Shown here in pieces: positions 23,113 through 28,080 of a stretch of DNA of 28,080 nucleotides (its first letter is position 1; each line of letters opens with the position of its first letter). The stretch is from assembly GCF_006345805.1 (NCBI RefSeq), contig NW_021827574.1, positions 1 to 28,080 on the forward strand, written 5' to 3'. The translations under genes were made by a program, and so were the position numbers. The notes below the pieces were generated by a model that saw only the letters and a list, made by a program, of their open reading frames with translations, had not been told where the DNA came from and searched no databases. This DNA is from Octopus sinensis (taxonomy: Eukaryota).

Positions 23113-23820
23113 ATAATCCTTTCTACTAAAACACAAGGCCTGAAATTTGGGAGAGGGGACTAGTGGATTACTTCGACCCCAGTACTTACTTTATCGACCC
23201 CAAAAGGATGAAAGGCAAAGTCGATTAATAATAATAAAAACAACAACACTATTATTATTATTATTATTATGGCGGTGAGCTGGCATAATCATTAGCATGC
23301 CGGGTTAAATGCTGAGCGGCATTTCGTCCGTCTATACGTTCTGAGTACAAATTTGCTTTTATCCTTCGGGATCGATGAAACAAATACCCGTAAAGTAGAG
23401 GGGTCGATGAAATCGTCTACCCCTCCTACCTCCCGCAGAATTTAGTGGAAAGGATTGCTTTTATTATTAAAGGGGCAGGCTGACTGAATTGTTAGCGCGT
23501 CGAACAAAATGCTTAGCAGTATTTGGTCCACACAGATTCGGTCTCCCAATTTCACTCAGAAGGCATTGGTCAACCTGGAGCTATAGCACAAGGCACCTGC
23601 CCACTGTGCCGCACAGTAGGAATAAACCTGAAAGCACGTAGCTGCAAAGTGAGCATTTTAACCACGCAATAAACCTTTTTTACTTTAGGCACAAGGCCTG
23701 AAATTTTGGAGGAGGGGGATGAGTCGATTACATCGACCCTCAGTATTCAAATGGTACTAAGTTTATCAACCCCGAAAGAATGAGAGGCAAAGTCGGCCCC
23801 GGCGGCATTTGAACTTAGCC
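23113..23820. mobile_element. Cluster of SINE fragments: B Y-tail (23113-23225, -), B (23271-23445, +), B head remnant (about 23470-23530, +), old A head (about 23550-23668, -), B Y-tail (23670-23820, -)
   Basis: Each is homologous to better-preserved copies elsewhere in the window. Confidence 0.7.
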
Positions 23821-23899
23821 ACACAATAATGCCAGCGCATATTTTAAATACCCGCCAACCTCAATGAAAGAAAAATTGTTCATTATTATGCAGATAAAT

Positions 23900-24312
23900 C
23901 TTTTCTACTCTAAGCACAAAGCCCGAAATTTATTTTGGGGGAGGGGCTCAGTCGATTAGATCTACCCTAGTACGTCACTGGTACTTAATTTATCGACCCT
24001 CGAAAGGATGAAAGGCACAGTCGACTTCGGCGGAATTTGAACTCAGACCGCAAAGACGGACGAAATGCTGCCAAGTATTTATTTCTTTATTGCCCAGAGG
24101 GGGCTAAGCATAGAGGGGACAAGCAAGGACAGACAAAGGGATTAAATCGATTACATTAACTCCAGTGCGTAACTGGTACTTAATTTATCGACCGCCCCCG
24201 AAAGGATGAAAGGCACAGTCGACCTCAGCGGAATTTGAACTCAGAACGTAAAGACGGATAAAATGCCGCTGAGTATTTTTCCGGTGTACTAACGTTTCTG
24301 CCAGCTCACCGC
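23900..24312 (-). mobile_element. Composite SINE group B (X-tail unit in front of a Y-tail host) with TSD
   Basis: Two B cores, full head ggcggtgagctggcagaaacgttag; flanking direct repeat attattatgcagat(a/t)aat at about 23882-23899 and about 24317-24334. Confidence 0.9.
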
Positions 24313-24844
24313 CATTATTATTATGCAGATTAATGAAATAAGTGTTAGTGAAATCCTGAATTAATATAATTGATTCTTAGCCTTTCCTTGAAATGTGTGG
24401 GGAAAACATTAGAAAACATCATTATTATATGATAGTTAAGCTGAGATTTGTATGGCAAGTTGTTAATGGAATTTGATGACTTCGATAATTATTATCATAG
24501 CAAGGAGTTTTCTTTTTATTAAACAATTAAATTTAACATCAAATTTAATTGTGAATATTGAATCCCTTTCACAAAAGCGAGTTCTGTGTTCTTAACACGG
24601 ATTTTCTATTAAAATATTTTATATAATATTCTAAATTCAATGTTGAAGAAGTTAGAGATATGACGTCAAATGCTTAATGTGTTTTATTTGTATAATTCTA
24701 GTTAAAAACAAAGGAGGCATTTTAAAATCAACCTTCAGCTTATTCCTGAAACGAAACTCAGTCTCAGGGTCTGGAGATACTCGATAGAAATGGCTATATT
24801 TTTTAATGTTGCGGAAATTTAATACTCAAAAGTTATTTAATAAT

Positions 24845-25305
24845 CCTTTCTGCTATAAGCACAAGGCCTGAAATTTTGGGGGAGGAGGTGAGTTGATTAC
24901 ATCGATCCCAGTACTCAATTGGTACTTAATTTATCGACCCAGAAAGGATGAAATGCAAAGTCGACCTCGGCGGAATTTGAACTCAGAACGTAGCGGCAGA
25001 CGAAATACTGCTAAGCATTTCGTCTGGCGTGCTAACGATTCTGCCAGCTCACCATCATAAACGTAAATAATAATAATAATAATAATAATAATAACCCTTT
25101 CTACTCTAGGCACAAGGCCTGGATTGTGGGGAGGAAGATAGTCGATCAAAATCGACCCCAATGTTTCACTGATACTTAATTTATCGAACCGGAAAGTATG
25201 AAGGGCAAAGTCAACTTCAGTGGAATTTGAACTCAGAACTTAGCGACGGGTGCAATACCGCTAAGCATTCCGTTCAGCGTTCTAACGATTCTGCCAGTCG
25301 CCGCC

Positions 25306-25307
<2 letters not shown>
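24845..25307 (-). mobile_element. Two tandem full-length SINE group B Y-tail copies (24845-25053, 25095-25307) separated by (AAT)n
   Basis: Each has a tRNA-like head (..gctggcagaatcgttag..), the B core and a tail ..ggccttgtgc(c/t)ta(g/t)ag(t/c)agaaagg followed by (ATT)n. Confidence 0.9.
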
Positions 25308-25370
<63 letters not shown>

Positions 25371-25373
<3 letters not shown>

Positions 25374-25908
25374 GACAGAAAGATAGATGCAAATAGGCCA
25401 GACATCATATTGAAAGACTTCAGACAAAGAACATGCCTCCTCATTGATATGACTGTCCCAATCGATATAAACGTATCTGTCAAGACTACCAAAAACTGAG
25501 CAAATATAAAGATCTTGAAATAGAAATCAGCAAAGTGTGGAACCTGAAGACTAAAACAATACCTGTTGTCATAGGTGCCCTGGGAATGATAGCAAAAGGG
25601 GATGATTGCTACCTAACTCAGATACCAGGAAACCCACAAATGGCAGAAATTCAAAAGATAGTGCTCATGGGAACTGCTCATATCCTACGCAAAATACTTT
25701 CTATGTAATCTCAAGGTTTAAAACAAACATAATTTTCGTTTTTTTCTTTTCTTTTTAGACATTCACTAGTACAACACCAAAAAAAACCCCCAAATATATG
25801 GCACACTAGGCATAACAACAACATGAACTTCCAACCTGTTGTCTCTTGAGGTCTCTGGGTGAGACTTGGAGCCAACTTGTACAAATATAAAGCAAAAGTC
25901 AAACATAG
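25371..25908 (+). mobile_element. 5'-truncated R4/Dong-type non-LTR retrotransposon: restriction-like endonuclease domain remnant plus 3' UTR
   Basis: Translation with one frameshift near 25485: TDRKIDANRPDIILKDFRQRTCLLIDMTVPIDINVSVKT/YQKLSKYKDLEIEISKVWNLKTKTIPVVIGALGMIAKG...IQKIVLMGTAHILRKILSM* (stop 25706-25708). Contains the RLE motif RPD-x14-D followed by K..KY. Flanked by (AAT)n on both sides. Confidence 0.85.
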
Positions 25909-25930
25909 AATAATAATAATAATGGTAATA

Positions 25931-25960
<30 letters not shown>

Positions 25961-25962
<2 letters not shown>

Positions 25963-26725
25963 GGCTCCAAATTTTGGTTAAAATCAGCAATTTCGAGTGA
26001 GGGGTATAGTCGAGTGCATCAACCCCAGTAATAAATTGGTATTTATTTCATCGATCCCGAAATGATGAAGGGCAAAGTTCACCTCAGCGGGATTTGAGCT
26101 CAGAACGTAACGGCATACGAAATGCCATTAAGCATTTCGCCCGGCGCGCTAACGATACTGCCAGCTCGCTGCCTTAGACAGTGTTAATAATAATGGATTC
26201 AAATTTTGCTACAAGGCCAGCAATTTCGGGGAAGGGGTGAGTAGATTACATTCACCTAAGTATTCAATTGTTACTTATTTTATCGACTCCCAAATGACGA
26301 AAGGCAAAGTCAACCTCGGTTGAATTTGAACTCACAACGCAATATATTGAAAGAAGTACCACAAAACAACTTTTCGGCGCTCCAAGAATTCTGCCAACTC
26401 ACCGCTTTTGTTTCAAGTGTTTTAGCAAAAGCCCAGCAATTTTAGCGGAAGCATATGGGTCGATACCGTCGCCCAAATGCTTCACTGAGACCTATATTAT
26501 CTATCCGAAATGGATGGAAGGCAGCGTTCAGACCTCGGCAGGGTTTGAACTCAGAACTTAAAACAGACGGAAGAAATATCGCTATTTTGTCAGCTCGCCG
26601 ACCAGGAGAATTTTTAAATAAATGCTAACTAATATGGGCCTGAAATTTTAGGGACGGTTTTACTCGACATCGATACAAGACTTGATTGCTACATGATTTT
26701 ATCGATCCAGAAAGAATGAAAATAC
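25961..26725 (-). mobile_element. Tandem run of SINE group B copies of increasing divergence (25961-26175, 26194-26405, about 26425-26602, about 26633-26725)
   Basis: The B core is recognisable in each; the first two carry a third tail type (..gaaattgctg..aaaatttg(g/a)a(g/t)ccatt). Confidence 0.8.
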
Positions 26726-26790
26726 TTTAAACTATTGAATACGGGTAAATACGATTTTAAAGTATTTTTTATACATATTTAAGTTTTGTA

Positions 26791-27131
26791 GGCGCAGGCG
26801 TAGCTGTGTGGTAAGAAACTTGATTTCCAAAGGTGGCGAGCTGGTAGAAACGTTAGCACGCCGGGCGAAATGCTTAGCGGTATTTCGTCTGCCGTTACGT
26901 TCTGAGTTCAAATTCCGCCTTTCATCCTTTCGGGGTCGATAAACTAAGTACCAGTTACGCACTGGGGTCAATATAATCGACTTAATCCGTTTATCTGTCC
27001 TTGATTGTCCCCTCTGTGTTTAGCCCCTTGTGGGCAGTAAAGAAACAAGAAACTTGCTTTCCAGCCACATGGTTCAGGGTTCAAGCCTACTGCGTGGCAC
27101 CTTGGGCAAATGTCTTCTACTATAGCCTTAG
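26791..27131 (+). mobile_element. SINE group A head interrupted by a SINE group B X-tail copy (26830-27046) with a 17-bp TSD
   Basis: aagaaacttgatttcca (26813-26829) / aagaaacttgctttcca (27047-27063) flank the B copy; the A sequence resumes colinearly after it. Confidence 0.9.
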
Positions 27132-27261
27132 TGTAGATGGGACAAAATAGTCTAGAAGCAATCCAGGACATTACAAGTTTGCCAGATAGCATTAAACTTC
27201 ATGTGGCCGTTGAAGGGCAGAAAACCGAGATGTCACCTGTGTGGATACACACATTGTCCAC

Positions 27262-27850
27262 AGTAGTAGTAGTAGTAGAAGTAGTAGTAGAATTAGAAGA
27301 AGAGGAAGAAGGAGTAGTAGAATTAGAAGAGGTGGAAGGATTAGAAGATGTAGAAGAAGAAGAAGAAAAGAAGAAAACAAAGAGGAAGGAGAAGACGAAA
27401 AAGAAGAAGAAAAGAAGAAAAAGAAGAGGAAGGAGAAGAAGAGGAGGAAGAAGAAGAATTAGAAGAAGAGGAAGAAGGAGTAGAGATGATGTAGAAGAAG
27501 AAGAAGAAAAGAAGAAAACAAAGAGGAAGGAGAAGACGAAAAAGAAGAAAAGAAGAAAAAAAAGAGGAAGGAGAAGAGGAGGAAGAAGAATTAGAAGAGG
27601 AAGAGGAATGAGAAGAAGAAGAAGAAGAAAAGAAGAAAAAGAAGAAGAAAAGAAGAAGAAGAGAGAGGAGAAGAAAACAAAGAGGAAGGAGAAGAAGAGG
27701 AGGAAGAAGAAGAAAAAGAGGAAGAAAAATAATGAATAGAAGAAAAAGAAGAAGAAGGAAAAGAAGAGGAAGAAGAAGAAAAAAGAATTAGAAGAATTAG
27801 AAGAAAAGGAAAAAGAAGAAGAAGAGAGAGGAGAAGAAAACAAAGATGGA
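27262..27850. repeat. Polypurine (AGA/GAA)-based low-complexity tract with internal 141-bp higher-order duplication
   Basis: gatgtagaagaagaagaagaaaagaagaaaacaaagaggaaggagaagacgaaaaagaaga starts at both 27347 and 27488. Confidence 0.9.
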
Positions 27851-28080
27851 GAATGAGAAGGGGCAGCATATGTTGTAGATATAAGAGAAGATAAATGTCT
27901 GAGAAGGAAGAAGAAAAGTCGAAACGTGGAAAGTAGACGAAAGAAGGAATGAGTGGTGGAAGAGAAGGAGGGGAAGCGTGTGTGTGTGTGTGTGGGGGGG
28001 GGAAGGAATGGAGAAATGGCGGAACAAGTCAGACATTTAATAGATTTACCGAAGTTCTAAATTTTCCACGTGGATAGTTA

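Noticed and set aside
24745-24768. cctga-aac-gaaactcagtc-tcagg resembling a hammerhead stem I/III
   Set aside because: The CUGANGA core and stem II are absent; too short to distinguish from chance.
22684-26725. Regularly recurring repeat units resembling a CRISPR array
   Set aside because: Eukaryotic context; the units are about 200-bp diverged SINEs, not short identical repeats with unique spacers, and there are no cas genes.
27137-27843. 200-aa E/K/R-rich ORF and the 214-aa antisense F/S/L ORF
   Set aside because: Both come from the polypurine repeat; the short unique N-terminus is unrecognised and no splice or promoter support was found.

Overview
AT-rich, microsatellite-saturated eukaryotic DNA that is intronic or intergenic. 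The SINE families and repeat landscape look like an octopod cephalopod (Octopus-type) genome. That assignment is recognition-based inference and needs a BLAST check. No intact protein-coding gene is supported, and nearly all ORFs in the track are translations of simple repeats. The window holds about 30 copies or fragments of three tRNA-derived SINE groups (working labels A, B and C) and a 5'-truncated R4/Dong-type retrotransposon end encoding a restriction-like endonuclease, set in (AAT)n. It also holds a complete 358-bp non-autonomous Helitron, an unclassified 514-bp element bounded by (AAT)n, and a 315-bp TA-flanked MITE-like element. The most striking observations are: (1) a fully foldable type I hammerhead ribozyme motif with a G5A core change inside the MITE-like element, with a decayed tandem sister copy; (2) all five copies of one SINE-B tail variant sit inside the tRNA-like head of another SINE in the same orientation; and (3) a compact CTCF/NF-Y/CRE/E-box motif cluster near 3.1-3.2 kb and a possible minus-strand promoter/first exon near 8.1-8.4 kb.
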